From a virus (Duplodnaviria > Caudoviricetes): a DNA stretch of 48,156 nt. Position numbers and translations under genes: made by a program. The stretch lies in IMG/VR virus record IMGVR_UViG_3300042196_000043, positions 1 to 48,156 of that record. One strand, 5' to 3'. Of the stretch, positions 1-8,200 are shown piece by piece. The notes beneath the pieces are model-generated. The model worked only from the letters and a program-made list of their open reading frames with translations, was not told the origin of the DNA and searched no databases. Positions within the stretch are counted from its first letter, which is position 1. Each line of letters starts with the position of its first letter.

Positions 1-44
1 CCGCGCAACTCTCGCAGCCGTTACCGGCGGTAAGGTGGAGTGAT

Positions 45-320
45 ATGGAACTGAAGCCATGCCCGTTCTGTGGTGGCCCCGCGAAAGAGGTCGTTGGTCT
101 TGTCGGGTGCGAACCGTGCGCCATTGGGCGTCGCAACGCGGCATCGTGGAACACCCGCGCTCCCGACCCCATCCACGCGCAGCTTATTGCGGCGCTGGAG
201 GGTGCAATGGATGAATTGGCTGAACTGCTGATCACGCTCAGCAGGGACCCGCTCGACAACGACCCATTCCGGCAGGCCCGCGCAACTCTCGCAGCCGTTA
301 CCGGCGGTAAGGTGGAGTAG
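45..320 (+). CDS. Lar-like (restriction alleviation family) zinc-ribbon protein, copy 2
   Basis: MELKPCPFCGG...CEPC...WNTR pattern; GGAG RBS; same protein as 47797-48072. Confidence 0.7.
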   Translation: MELKPCPFCGGPAKEVVGLVGCEPCAIGRRNAASWNTRAPDPIHAQLIAALEGAMDELAELLITLSRDPLDNDPFRQARATLAAVTGGKVE

Positions 321-324
321 GGGG

Positions 325-516
325 ATGTACGAACGCAAGTGCGTCCAGAATTACTTTCTGGAAGACGAGAGCGGCGCCCGCGCAGAAATCCGTAAAGGCA
401 AGACCTACACCGTGTCCGAAGAGAGCAACGGCAAGGTCGTGGTCTTCTCGCGGTTTTGGTTTCCGGCGCCGGCAAACTGCTTCGCGCCCACCCGCGCCGC
501 CACTAAGGAGTCGTGA
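325..516 (+). CDS. Hypothetical protein
   Basis: ORF in a tightly packed early operon. Confidence 0.65.
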   Translation: MYERKCVQNYFLEDESGARAEIRKGKTYTVSEESNGKVVVFSRFWFPAPANCFAPTRAATKES

Positions 517-517
517 G

Positions 518-865
518 ATGACGCCCGCTGAAATTCTGAAGGCCGCACGCGCGAAGATCGAGAAGCCGGAGAACTGGTGCCAGGGGCACTACGCAGAGAA
601 CGCGGAGGGGGAAACTGTTTCTTACCTCTCAGACTCCGCCTGCCGCCTATGCGCGAGTGGTGCCTGCGCAATCTTCAGCGGCAGCATCGGCGCCTCAGGC
701 GAAGTCGTGCGGCTGTTGCGTGTTTCGGCCTTGGAGATTCTTGGCGCGACCCATGCGCCGGAGCACAAGTACCCGCCGGTCTACATCAACGACAACACCG
801 ACCACCCCACCGTGATGGCGATGTTTTCTGGCGCGATTGCCCTTGCAGAGCAAGAGGAGAGGTAG
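518..865 (+). CDS. Hypothetical phage protein (WCQG...C.LCASGA motif, DUF6197-like)
   Basis: AGGAG RBS; motif common in phage early genes. Confidence 0.65.
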   Translation: MTPAEILKAARAKIEKPENWCQGHYAENAEGETVSYLSDSACRLCASGACAIFSGSIGASGEVVRLLRVSALEILGATHAPEHKYPPVYINDNTDHPTVMAMFSGAIALAEQEER

Positions 866-1081
866 ATGAAGTTGTACCGCGCATTCGACGACCAGGAATT
901 TCACTGGTTCACGAACAAAGCCGAAGCGATTGCCACGGCCAAGGAATGGGGCGGCAAGAACGAGGTGGAGCTGTGCGAAATAGCCACGCCGTCGAAGTCC
1001 GTCGTGCTGGCAATCCTCAATGGCGACGGCTTTGTCATCAAGTCCACTGTCGTCTGGACAAGCCGCCCACAGGACTCCTGA
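866..1081 (+). CDS. Hypothetical protein
   Basis: Start immediately follows the previous stop; GAGG RBS. Confidence 0.65.
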   Translation: MKLYRAFDDQEFHWFTNKAEAIATAKEWGGKNEVELCEIATPSKSVVLAILNGDGFVIKSTVVWTSRPQDS

Positions 1082-1082
1082 C

Positions 1083-1391
1083 ATGACCCCCACCAGTGAG
1101 AAGCCGGGAGAGGCGGAGGAGAGGTGTGTGGACCATCTGGCTTTCTGCAGTGAGACCTGCCCGGATTGTGGGCTTGAGGTGGACGCTTACGGTAACACCG
1201 AGGGTCAATTTGACAACTGCTGCTGGCCCGATTGCGGCTGCGACGGAGCGCGACTTTGTATGGCTGGCGAAGCCTCTGAGCGCGCCCTTGGGCAAAACGT
1301 CGAGGGCATGTGGCGCGGGAAGACGAAAGAGCAGCGCCGCGCCGTCTTCAGTCTACTCGGATCACTGGCCGACGAAAAGAAACGAGGCTGA
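1083..1391 (+). CDS. Cys-rich hypothetical protein
   Basis: CPDC and CCWPDCGC motifs; start placed just after the upstream stop. Confidence 0.6.
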   Translation: MTPTSEKPGEAEERCVDHLAFCSETCPDCGLEVDAYGNTEGQFDNCCWPDCGCDGARLCMAGEASERALGQNVEGMWRGKTKEQRRAVFSLLGSLADEKKRG

Positions 1392-1392
1392 C

Positions 1393-1728
1393 ATGACCAC
1401 CCCACTGGATGACAACGTGTCTGGCTACCTCAGGAGGCCACTTCGCAGCCTAGCAGATATCGAAGCGGAACGGTACTGCCTGCCCAGCTTCGTACTGGAC
1501 TGCAAGACGGCTGCGGACTGTGACACGGCGCATTTTGAGGCGATGGCAACGGCGAAGTTCTGGGAACTGCACGCGGCAGCCATGGCAGAGGGCGACACTC
1601 ACGAGCAAGCCTGCTTTCGCGTGTACGACCACGAGATTTCCGACATGATCGACATGCTGGAGCGGCACAAGAACTACTGCCTCAGCCTGAAGTGGCCGGA
1701 CTACCTGTGGGATCGCGGCTTTGACTGA
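1393..1728 (+). CDS. Hypothetical protein
   Basis: GAGG RBS; 3' part of track ORF 1096-1728. Confidence 0.6.
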   Translation: MTTPLDDNVSGYLRRPLRSLADIEAERYCLPSFVLDCKTAADCDTAHFEAMATAKFWELHAAAMAEGDTHEQACFRVYDHEISDMIDMLERHKNYCLSLKWPDYLWDRGFD

Positions 1729-1769
1729 CCGCACTGCAATCCGGCGGATGCTGGGATAGGAGGAGAGTA

Positions 1770-2036
1770 ATGGGTGAAGACAAGATCGAGGGTAGCGACT
1801 TCGTGTCTACCGCCGACTTCCGGCGCCAGTGTGTGGAAATGAACTTCTGCAACGGCTTCGACACCGCCGCCCTGGAGAAGACCAGCCTGCGGGAGGTGAT
1901 CGCGGAGCTTCGGCGCATCACGGACCATTTAGATGTGTGGACGAAAGACCGCCCGGAGGACTGCACGACAGAAACCTTCGCGGCGATCCACTGCGCCCGC
2001 GCCCTGCTCAAAACCCTCGGAGGCGATAATGGGTGA
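1770..2036 (+). CDS. Hypothetical protein
   Basis: AGGAGGAG RBS. Confidence 0.65.
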   Translation: MGEDKIEGSDFVSTADFRRQCVEMNFCNGFDTAALEKTSLREVIAELRRITDHLDVWTKDRPEDCTTETFAAIHCARALLKTLGGDNG

Positions 2037-2388
2037 ACTGCTGCCATGTCCGTTCTGTGGCGAGCCGGCAGAGGCTATCACTGGCGAGCGTTTATTTACC
2101 GTTCGCTGCGTCGATGGCTGCGCCGAGATGTGTTCGTCAATTGATGACTTTCCCTATGAGGAATACGCCATCAACGCATGGAACGCCCGCCCCTCCCCCG
2201 TCTCCTGCGGGCACTGCGAAGAGATGGAACGGCTGGCCGACAAGCTAGCCTCGTGGGAGGACATGATCGAAAGCTGCGCCGGTGTGGTGAACACCCCCGA
2301 CAGCCTGCCCCAAATGCTGCTGGTGGAAATCAGCACTCTCCGGGCCGAACTCCGCGCCCGCGCCGCCCGCACGGGAAAGGATGGCTGA
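2029..2388 (+). CDS. Second Lar-like zinc-ribbon protein
   Basis: LLPCPFCGE...CVDGC...AINAWNAR; GGAGG RBS. Confidence 0.7.
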   Translation: MGELLPCPFCGEPAEAITGERLFTVRCVDGCAEMCSSIDDFPYEEYAINAWNARPSPVSCGHCEEMERLADKLASWEDMIESCAGVVNTPDSLPQMLLVEISTLRAELRARAARTGKDG

Positions 2389-2569
2389 CATGACCGTCGA
2401 CCGCACGAACAACGACTTGAGCCGCTTTCAGTTCAGCGCCCCCGCATGGTGGGCCGGCTTCAACGCCGGCCGGCAGACCGCGCGCGAGCAGGCGCAGAAG
2501 GAATTGGCCGACTGGCGGGCGAGCGATTGGCAGCGCGACGCGGCGGGGAAGATTGGAGAAGCAGCGTAA
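2381..2569 (+). CDS. Hypothetical protein
   Basis: Overlaps both neighbours in operon style. Confidence 0.55.
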   Translation: MADMTVDRTNNDLSRFQFSAPAWWAGFNAGRQTAREQAQKELADWRASDWQRDAAGKIGEAA

Positions 2570-3570
2570 TGACATGGACTCTCGGAGAGCCCGTCGCGCC
2601 CGGCGCCTACTTCGACATGCCGGAGGACGTTTACCACGCGGCGCCGGCCCTGTCGTCGTCTGGCATCCGCTGGCTGCTGGTCAGCAATCTGGACTTCTGG
2701 GCTCGCTCTTGGATGAATCCTAACCCGATCGAGAATGGCAGCAGCGCAGCGCAGATCAGCGGCACAGCCTACCACAAGCGCATCCTGGAGGGCGGCGCGG
2801 CCTTCTACGACCGCTATGCGCCGGACCTGTTGCCCGAAGAGCATCCCGACGCGCTGAAGACGGCCGACGACATCCGGCGCCAGTTGAAAGAGCTTAGCCT
2901 GAAGGTGGGCGGCAACAAGCCCGAGTTGATCAACCGCCTGAAGGAAGCGGGCAACTTCCCCATCTGGGATGACATCTACGCGGCGCACTGCGAGAAGCAC
3001 GCGGGCAAGATACTGCTGCCGCAGGAGCAGATCAGCGAGATTGAGATCGCCGCGGCGATGATCGAGAAGCACCCGGACCTGTCCAGGGCATTTTCCGGCG
3101 GCCATCCAGAGGTGTCGATCTTCTGGATCGACGAACAAACCGGCATCCTCTGCAAGGCGCGCCTGGACTACCTGAAGGCCCGCGCCATCGTGGATCTGAA
3201 GACTTTCAGCAACCCCCTTGCGAAGCCGATCGACCGGGCGATCAGCACGGCGGTCGCGAGCGGCCGGCTGCATATCCAGGCGACCCACTACATGGAAGCC
3301 GTGGCTATGGCCTGTCATCACGGATGGATCGAGGGCAGCCCTGACCGGACGTTCCTGTTTGTCTGGCAGCAGAGCGGCAAGGTGCCGCTGGCGCGCGGCA
3401 AGGTGTTCCCGAAGGGCTCCACGTTCCAACTCGCCTACCTGCAAATTCGCGAGGCGATGGAGCGGTTCAAGGCGTGCCGGGAGAAGTTCGGGGATGACCC
3501 CTGGATTGATGAGACGCCTATTGAGGAATTTGATGATGCCGGTTTCCCGGCCTACATCGCGGAAGGATGA
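2569..3570 (+). CDS. RecE/exonuclease VIII-like PD-(D/E)XK nuclease (DUF3799-like) with an internal SAP motif
   Basis: YH..PALSSSG, GTAYH, EVSIFW, CKARLD...IVDLKT and Q...Y motifs; adjacent to a RecT-like gene. Confidence 0.85.
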   Translation: MTWTLGEPVAPGAYFDMPEDVYHAAPALSSSGIRWLLVSNLDFWARSWMNPNPIENGSSAAQISGTAYHKRILEGGAAFYDRYAPDLLPEEHPDALKTADDIRRQLKELSLKVGGNKPELINRLKEAGNFPIWDDIYAAHCEKHAGKILLPQEQISEIEIAAAMIEKHPDLSRAFSGGHPEVSIFWIDEQTGILCKARLDYLKARAIVDLKTFSNPLAKPIDRAISTAVASGRLHIQATHYMEAVAMACHHGWIEGSPDRTFLFVWQQSGKVPLARGKVFPKGSTFQLAYLQIREAMERFKACREKFGDDPWIDETPIEEFDDAGFPAYIAEG

Positions 3571-3573
3571 AAC

Positions 3574-4395
3574 ATGAGCGAGAGCAAGGAAGTTGCGACC
3601 CTGGACGAGCCGCGCGAGGGTGTGCGGAGGGTGATGGCGTCGCTCGAGAGCGGACAGCGCGTGGCCCCCATCGTGCCGCGAAATGTGGAAGAGGCTTTCC
3701 GCATCGCGCAGGCCGTGGTGAATGCTGGGCTGGCGCCGGCCTCTTACGAGCGCGACGCACCGAACCCGGACAAGCTGCCCGACGTGCAGAAGATCCTTAT
3801 CGGCATCCTGAAGGGCGCCGAAGTGGGCTTGCCGCCGATCACGGCGCTGTCGACCATCGCGATCATCAACAAGCGCCCTTGCATCTGGGGCGACGGCGCG
3901 GTGGCGCTCTGCCAACAGTCGGGCCACGTGGAGAAGGTGGAGCAGAAGTGGGAAGGCGAGGACGGCAAGGAGGATTGGGCCGCCGTCTATCGCATCTGGC
4001 GCCGTGGGCAGTCCCAGCCCTATGAGGGCCGGTTTTCGGTCAAGGACGCCAAGCGGGCCGGACTGTGGATGAAGCGGTCAACGTGGGTTCAATACCCGCA
4101 ACGGATGCTCATGGCCCGCGCCCGCGCCTACGCCCTTCGCGACGGCTTCGCGGACTGCCTCATGGGCCTCAGCATCGCGGAGGAGATGCGGGATCTTCCG
4201 GCGGAGCCGCAGATGGTGGACAAGTCCTTCCTGGAGGACAGCGCCAGCGACGCGCCGCAGATCACGCACCAGCCAGAGGAGCCGGCGACCGACCCGGACT
4301 TCGCGGAGGTGGACGAAGAGCCGGTCGCCGTGCCAGCCGAGCCGGAAGACACCTTCCCCGGCGATCTGCCATTCCCCGACAGGGCCGCCGAATGA
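3574..4395 (+). CDS. RecT-like single-strand annealing protein
   Basis: GAEVGLPP...IAIINKRP.IWGD, AKRAGLW...W.QYPQRML.ARA...LRD.FAD; acidic tail; follows the exonuclease. Confidence 0.8.
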   Translation: MSESKEVATLDEPREGVRRVMASLESGQRVAPIVPRNVEEAFRIAQAVVNAGLAPASYERDAPNPDKLPDVQKILIGILKGAEVGLPPITALSTIAIINKRPCIWGDGAVALCQQSGHVEKVEQKWEGEDGKEDWAAVYRIWRRGQSQPYEGRFSVKDAKRAGLWMKRSTWVQYPQRMLMARARAYALRDGFADCLMGLSIAEEMRDLPAEPQMVDKSFLEDSASDAPQITHQPEEPATDPDFAEVDEEPVAVPAEPEDTFPGDLPFPDRAAE

Positions 4396-4454
4396 CCCGC
4401 GAGGACGAATACGCCTTCCTGGACATGCTAACACTTAAGAAAGAGGGATAGACG

Positions 4455-4823
4455 ATGGTGATGGATAAAAACGACCTCAGCAAACCCATGTCGGAATTCG
4501 ACTGGCAAGTGCTGTGCCACGTCTACCGCAAGAACGGCCTGCCGACGCTCCCCAGGGCGCGCCTGGACATTCCCCTGGGCTCCACGCTGGAGCGGTGCCA
4601 CACCATTGCGCATCGCCTCGCAGCCCTCTCGCAGGGCATTGGAACGGCCATCCGGCTGGCCCCCACCGCCCGCGCCGGAATGCTTGAGGTGAAGGGGCTG
4701 ATCAACCAGGCCCGGCTGGGCTTCCACGAGCTGGGCAAGGAGTGGGAAGCGGAGTTGCGCGAAGAAGAGGCCAAGCAGAAAAAGCCCGCCGATTCCGAGG
4801 AACACTTGCGGGTGGTAAGGTGA
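4455..4823 (+). CDS. Hypothetical helical protein immediately upstream of the att-like region
   Basis: 122-aa ORF with no recognised motif. Confidence 0.6.
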   Translation: MVMDKNDLSKPMSEFDWQVLCHVYRKNGLPTLPRARLDIPLGSTLERCHTIAHRLAALSQGIGTAIRLAPTARAGMLEVKGLINQARLGFHELGKEWEAELREEEAKQKKPADSEEHLRVVR

Positions 4824-4886
4824 ACAGCTATACTTGGCAGACCTGAGTGACCTACTACAGCTTGTTATTCAGGTCTCCCAAGTAGA

Positions 4887-4914
4887 AGTTACCTGAATAT
4901 AAATTATGCGCCCT
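4887..4914 (-). other. dif-like XerC/XerD site (candidate attP)
   Basis: - strand AGGGCGCATAA-TTTATA-TTCAGGTAACT vs E. coli dif GGTGCGCATAA-TGTATA-TTATGTTAAAT: 21/28 identical with 11-6-11 spacing. Confidence 0.6.
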
Positions 4915-4927
4915 TATCAATGACTTA
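4915..4927 (+). promoter_or_regulatory. IHF-consensus binding site
   Basis: TATCAATGACTTA matches WATCAANNNNTTR and abuts the dif-like site. Confidence 0.55.
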
Positions 4928-5126
4928 GTTAATTGCGCAGACTGGACCCGGCAGGAACCCTTGGTAATATTCTTTCGTTCCCGGTTAAGTCCCTGTCTGT
5001 ACTGACTCTACTAATAGACCCGTTGCGCTTGCAACATGTTTGTCGGAGACGGAAAGCAAGTTTGTTGCCCTGCCCTGTGAGGGGCGAAGCCGGATATTTT
5101 TAATTATGCGCGCTTTGGAGGATGGG

Positions 5127-5303
5127 ATGGAGTGGCGTAGCGACATGCAGAACGCGCCGAAGGATCGCAATATTATGCTTGCCGGGCAGTGGTTGAGCGG
5201 GGAATGGGACGTTCAGATTGGCCAATGGCTGGTCAATAGATTTCCGTTCGTGGGACAGGGACAGCCTACGCGATGGGCAGAAGTCCCGACTCCTAAAGAA
5301 TGA
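5127..5303 (+). CDS. DUF551-like small protein
   Basis: WR.DMQNAPKD...PTRWAEVP pattern; GGAGG RBS. Confidence 0.6.
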   Translation: MEWRSDMQNAPKDRNIMLAGQWLSGEWDVQIGQWLVNRFPFVGQGQPTRWAEVPTPKE

Positions 5304-5554
5304 CCGGGCGGTATCTCGCCCCTGAGGAGGTGAAAGTGGGCTGGCGTAAAGACTTTGAGAACGCGCCGATGGATGGGACGGTGATTCTCGTCTACCGCCG
5401 GGATGTAGACGTGTTCGCTGCGCACTACGTATCGCCGGCCGATATGGGCGCCAGCGACGACGACGAACCGCGCTGGTGGACCATCTACGGCGAAGACCTC
5501 ACACGGGACATGCCGACCCATTGGGCGCCCCTCCCCGCCCCACCCCAGGAGTGA
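5300..5554 (+). CDS. DUF551-like small protein
   Basis: FENAPMDGT.ILV...PTHWAPLPAPP. Confidence 0.7.
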   Translation: MTGRYLAPEEVKVGWRKDFENAPMDGTVILVYRRDVDVFAAHYVSPADMGASDDDEPRWWTIYGEDLTRDMPTHWAPLPAPPQE

Positions 5555-5558
5555 GAAG

Positions 5559-5759
5559 ATGGATGAAGCAAGATGGACCAGTGCCGACCTGGAGCGCCTG
5601 CTGGAGGCCAAGGAGAAAGAGACGTTCAGGAAAGCGGCGGGGTGGGCTGAGGAGGAGGCTGCCGGATGGCGTGACAGGCCATGTGCTGGCCCTGGATACC
5701 GAGGCCGGGCGGATGCTCTGTTTCGCTTCGCCAAGCGCCTCCGCACAGCAGCGGAATAG
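5559..5759 (+). CDS. Hypothetical protein
   Basis: AGGAG RBS; operon packing. Confidence 0.55.
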   Translation: MDEARWTSADLERLLEAKEKETFRKAAGWAEEEAAGWRDRPCAGPGYRGRADALFRFAKRLRTAAE

Positions 5760-5771
5760 GAGGAGAGGACA

Positions 5772-5986
5772 TGGCGGGATGCACTAAATCAGTCCACAAT
5801 TACACGCGCGGCATGTGCGACTGCAAGCAAGCTGAGGCCCTGGCCGCTGCCCGCGCAGACGAGCGGCGGCTGGTGTGGCTGGAGGCTGCGGAGATTGTAG
5901 ACCGAGTGAATCATCGGCTTGGAGAGCGCTGTTCTCTTCAGGCAATATCCGACAGCTTCCGCGCCCGTGCCAATGGGGAGGAGTAG
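5772..5986 (+). CDS. Hypothetical protein (start approximate)
   Basis: Strong GGAGGAGAGG RBS before MAGCTK. Confidence 0.5.
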
Positions 5987-6002
5987 ATGAAAGACCTTAG
6001 GT

Positions 6003-6542
6003 ATGCATGGTTTATGTACGGAACGTGGTTCGGCAGCCTGCTGGCGACCATCACTTGGATTGTCCTGGACAATCTTTAGCATGCTCCGCGTAGCAGCCGC
6101 CCTTCACCGCCTGGAGAAGTGGCTTTGCAGTGCGGTAGCCCGCCGTCCTATCTGTTCTTGCTATGACTGCGGACTACCGTACAACGACCCAGGCTTTGCC
6201 GATCTGGTTGTTCCCAACGACATTTGGGCGAAGATCGGCCCGATAGGACACGAAGGCGGGTTGCTGTGCCCTACCTGCCTGGTGAGGGCGGCAGAAAGAT
6301 CTGGCGTTCAATGCCACGCGGAATTTAGGTCAGGGCCATTTTCAAGCGATTGGCAGGGGATTGAGACTGCGCCCGTTGATGGCCGCGTTGTCGAGGTGCG
6401 GGAGCCAAGCGGAGCTTGGGGCAAGGCAAGAGTCATTGGGCTGCGAGACCCGAATGAATGCCACGAATTCCAGTATGTCTGGGCGTGGGAGGGGCTGTCC
6501 GGGAAGGCGTATCCTGTCAAGTGGCGCCATTGTAGGAAGTGA
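6003..6542 (+). CDS. Hypothetical protein, Cys-rich N-terminal part plus DUF551-like C-terminal part (start uncertain)
   Basis: CYDC and LCPTC motifs; WQGIETAPVDGR. Confidence 0.5.
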   Translation: MHGLCTERGSAACWRPSLGLSWTIFSMLRVAAALHRLEKWLCSAVARRPICSCYDCGLPYNDPGFADLVVPNDIWAKIGPIGHEGGLLCPTCLVRAAERSGVQCHAEFRSGPFSSDWQGIETAPVDGRVVEVREPSGAWGKARVIGLRDPNECHEFQYVWAWEGLSGKAYPVKWRHCRK

Positions 6543-6779
6543 GTGATGGGCGAGATCGAACGCTTTCGAGCAGGCGGCCGTGTGCGCCACCTGAAAATGG
6601 GGATTGGTACGGTCGCCTCTGTGGATGGAGACAACGTGCGTGTGATTTACGATGCTGCTTGGCCTGCGCGGCAGGACGGGAAACCCACAATCGGCGTCTA
6701 CGATAAGGCGTGGTTCCGGCGTTCGGGATCGTTACTATTCCCCCTCCCCGCCCCACGTCCTGGAACGGGCGGAGAATAG
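6543..6779 (+). CDS. Small SH3/KOW-like hypothetical protein
   Basis: GGRVRHLKMGIGTVASV pattern. Confidence 0.55.
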   Translation: MMGEIERFRAGGRVRHLKMGIGTVASVDGDNVRVIYDAAWPARQDGKPTIGVYDKAWFRRSGSLLFPLPAPRPGTGGE

Positions 6780-6853
6780 CATGAGCCACGCCGCACCAAC
6801 AGACATACGGCGGGGCAACGCCTGTCAAGCAGCATGCGGCTTGTCTCTCGCCT

Positions 6854-7156
6854 GTGCGAGGCAAGCGAGGTTGTGTCTCGTGCGGTAGGGAAACTGAGAC
6901 GCAAAGGCTAGGCGGCCTACAGGATGTAAGAAAGGATGAGAATGTGACACGTTGGCTGGATGAAAGGCTGAACCCGTTCGCGCACCAAGTTGTCGGGATC
7001 AGTATTGGCATCATTCTCTGTTCGTGGTATCTCGACGCCACATCAGAGGAAATCGGGCCAGTTAGGCTGCTGGCTTGGCTGATTCTGACAGCCTATGTTT
7101 GGGGTGGAATTGGCATCTGGGTTTGGCGATGGTATTTGCGTCCAATGGGAAAATAA
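6854..7156 (+). CDS. Two-TM membrane protein (true start probably near 6943)
   Basis: Two hydrophobic segments. Confidence 0.5.
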   Translation: MRGKRGCVSCGRETETQRLGGLQDVRKDENVTRWLDERLNPFAHQVVGISIGIILCSWYLDATSEEIGPVRLLAWLILTAYVWGGIGIWVWRWYLRPMGK

Positions 7157-7157
7157 G

Positions 7158-7427
7158 ATGAAGCTTACAGACCCGGTAGAGTGCATTATCCAAGAGGCGC
7201 TAGACGAGGCTGGCATTGTCTACCTGACTGGAGACGGTGGAGAAAACCCGGCGGGGCTTGACTTCTACCTGCCGGCCTATGCCCTGCATATCGAGGTGAA
7301 GCGCCTGCACTCAGATCGCATTGCTGAGCAGATGAGCCGTGTTCAGAATGTAATCGCCGTGCAGGGCATTCATGCAGCACAGGTTTTGGCTGACTTCATC
7401 CGCCGAGGCCGGCCTATTGAGGAATAG
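7158..7427 (+). CDS. Small PD-(D/E)XK-type nuclease-fold protein
   Basis: E..I..ALD...LDFYLP...HIEVKR motif. Confidence 0.6.
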   Translation: MKLTDPVECIIQEALDEAGIVYLTGDGGENPAGLDFYLPAYALHIEVKRLHSDRIAEQMSRVQNVIAVQGIHAAQVLADFIRRGRPIEE

Positions 7428-7452
7428 GGCCGTCCCGAAGAACGGCCCTATT
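7423..7452. terminator. Hairpin where the early and late arms converge
   Basis: AATAGGGCCGT-N8-ACGGCCCTATT, a perfect 11-bp stem. Confidence 0.75.
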
Positions 7453-7524
7453 GGTTTAGCCCACCGCCACTCGGCATCTGCCGAAAAATGGAGCCCGGTT
7501 CGCGCCGGTAGCATAGCCCCATCA
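7423..7524 (-). ncRNA. Candidate small RNA (about 100 nt)
   Basis: - strand TTGCCT-N17-TATATT promoter (7559-7531), internal hairpins, ends at the terminator hairpin. Confidence 0.4.
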
Positions 7525-7538
7525 CCCACCAATATACC

Positions 7539-7904
7539 CTACTCATCTGCCTGAGGCAAGGCGCGCAGGGCATCAATGGCCTCAAGCCCCTCGCGCAGCA
7601 GCTCGATAGTGGCGAGCTTCGGATAAGCCTCCTCCAGGAAGGCCAGACAGACCTCGATACGCTCCCTGGCCTCTGTCATGTCCTGGTCGAACTTGGCTGC
7701 CCTGGCCCAGTCCTTGCAGGAGGCGATGACCTCGTTCTCGAAGTCGTACAACTGCCGGCGGATTTCCTGCCGCCTGCTGTGGTTCTCCTGCACGAAGGCG
7801 GCGCCGTCTACAATAGTCAACTGCCTCGCCACGATGGCATCGCTGGCCGTGCAGCCGGTCAGGCCCGCCACGAGGCCCAGGGCTACCAGGAAGCATTTCA
7901 GCAT
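7539..7904 (-). CDS. Lipoprotein, spanin candidate
   Basis: MLKCFLVALGLVAGLTG-C lipobox; helical body; last gene of the late arm. Confidence 0.65.
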   Translation of the reverse strand: MLKCFLVALGLVAGLTGCTASDAIVARQLTIVDGAAFVQENHSRRQEIRRQLYDFENEVIASCKDWARAAKFDQDMTEARERIEVCLAFLEEAYPKLATIELLREGLEAIDALRALPQADE

Positions 7905-7909
7905 GGGGA

Positions 7910-8197
7910 TTACTCCTTGGTGGTGAAGATGTTAGAAAGGTCCACGCCCACCGCCTTCGCTACTTTGCGAAGCAGGGCAACCTTATCCTCCATCTCGCAG
8001 TTCGGCTGGCCGGTGCGCTCGTCGTACTCCTTGGCGCGCTTCAGAAGGGCTTTCATCTCCTCCACGTCACGCCTTAGAGCGTCGAACTCTTCTCGGCTTA
8101 TGGTCGGCTGGTTTGGCGCGTAAGTAAAAATCCGCTGCAGGTCGAATTGCTGCCACTTGTCTGAATAGTGATCGCCAACCGCTGAAACGGCACACAT
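7910..8197 (-). CDS. Hypothetical coiled-coil protein
   Basis: AAGGAG RBS. Confidence 0.65.
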   Translation of the reverse strand: MCAVSAVGDHYSDKWQQFDLQRIFTYAPNQPTISREEFDALRRDVEEMKALLKRAKEYDERTGQPNCEMEDKVALLRKVAKAVGVDLSNIFTTKE

Positions 8198-8200
8198 GGG

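Noticed and set aside
1-318. 41-bp repeats as a CRISPR array or att core
   Set aside because: The repeats are coding, 277 bp apart and enclose a whole gene; no cas or integrase genes
2428-3927. 499-aa - strand ORF and other long antisense ORFs (e.g. 20432-21424, 24354-25478, 26552-27628, 40907-42046)
   Set aside because: Shadow frames of well-supported genes in GC-rich DNA, with no motifs or RBS
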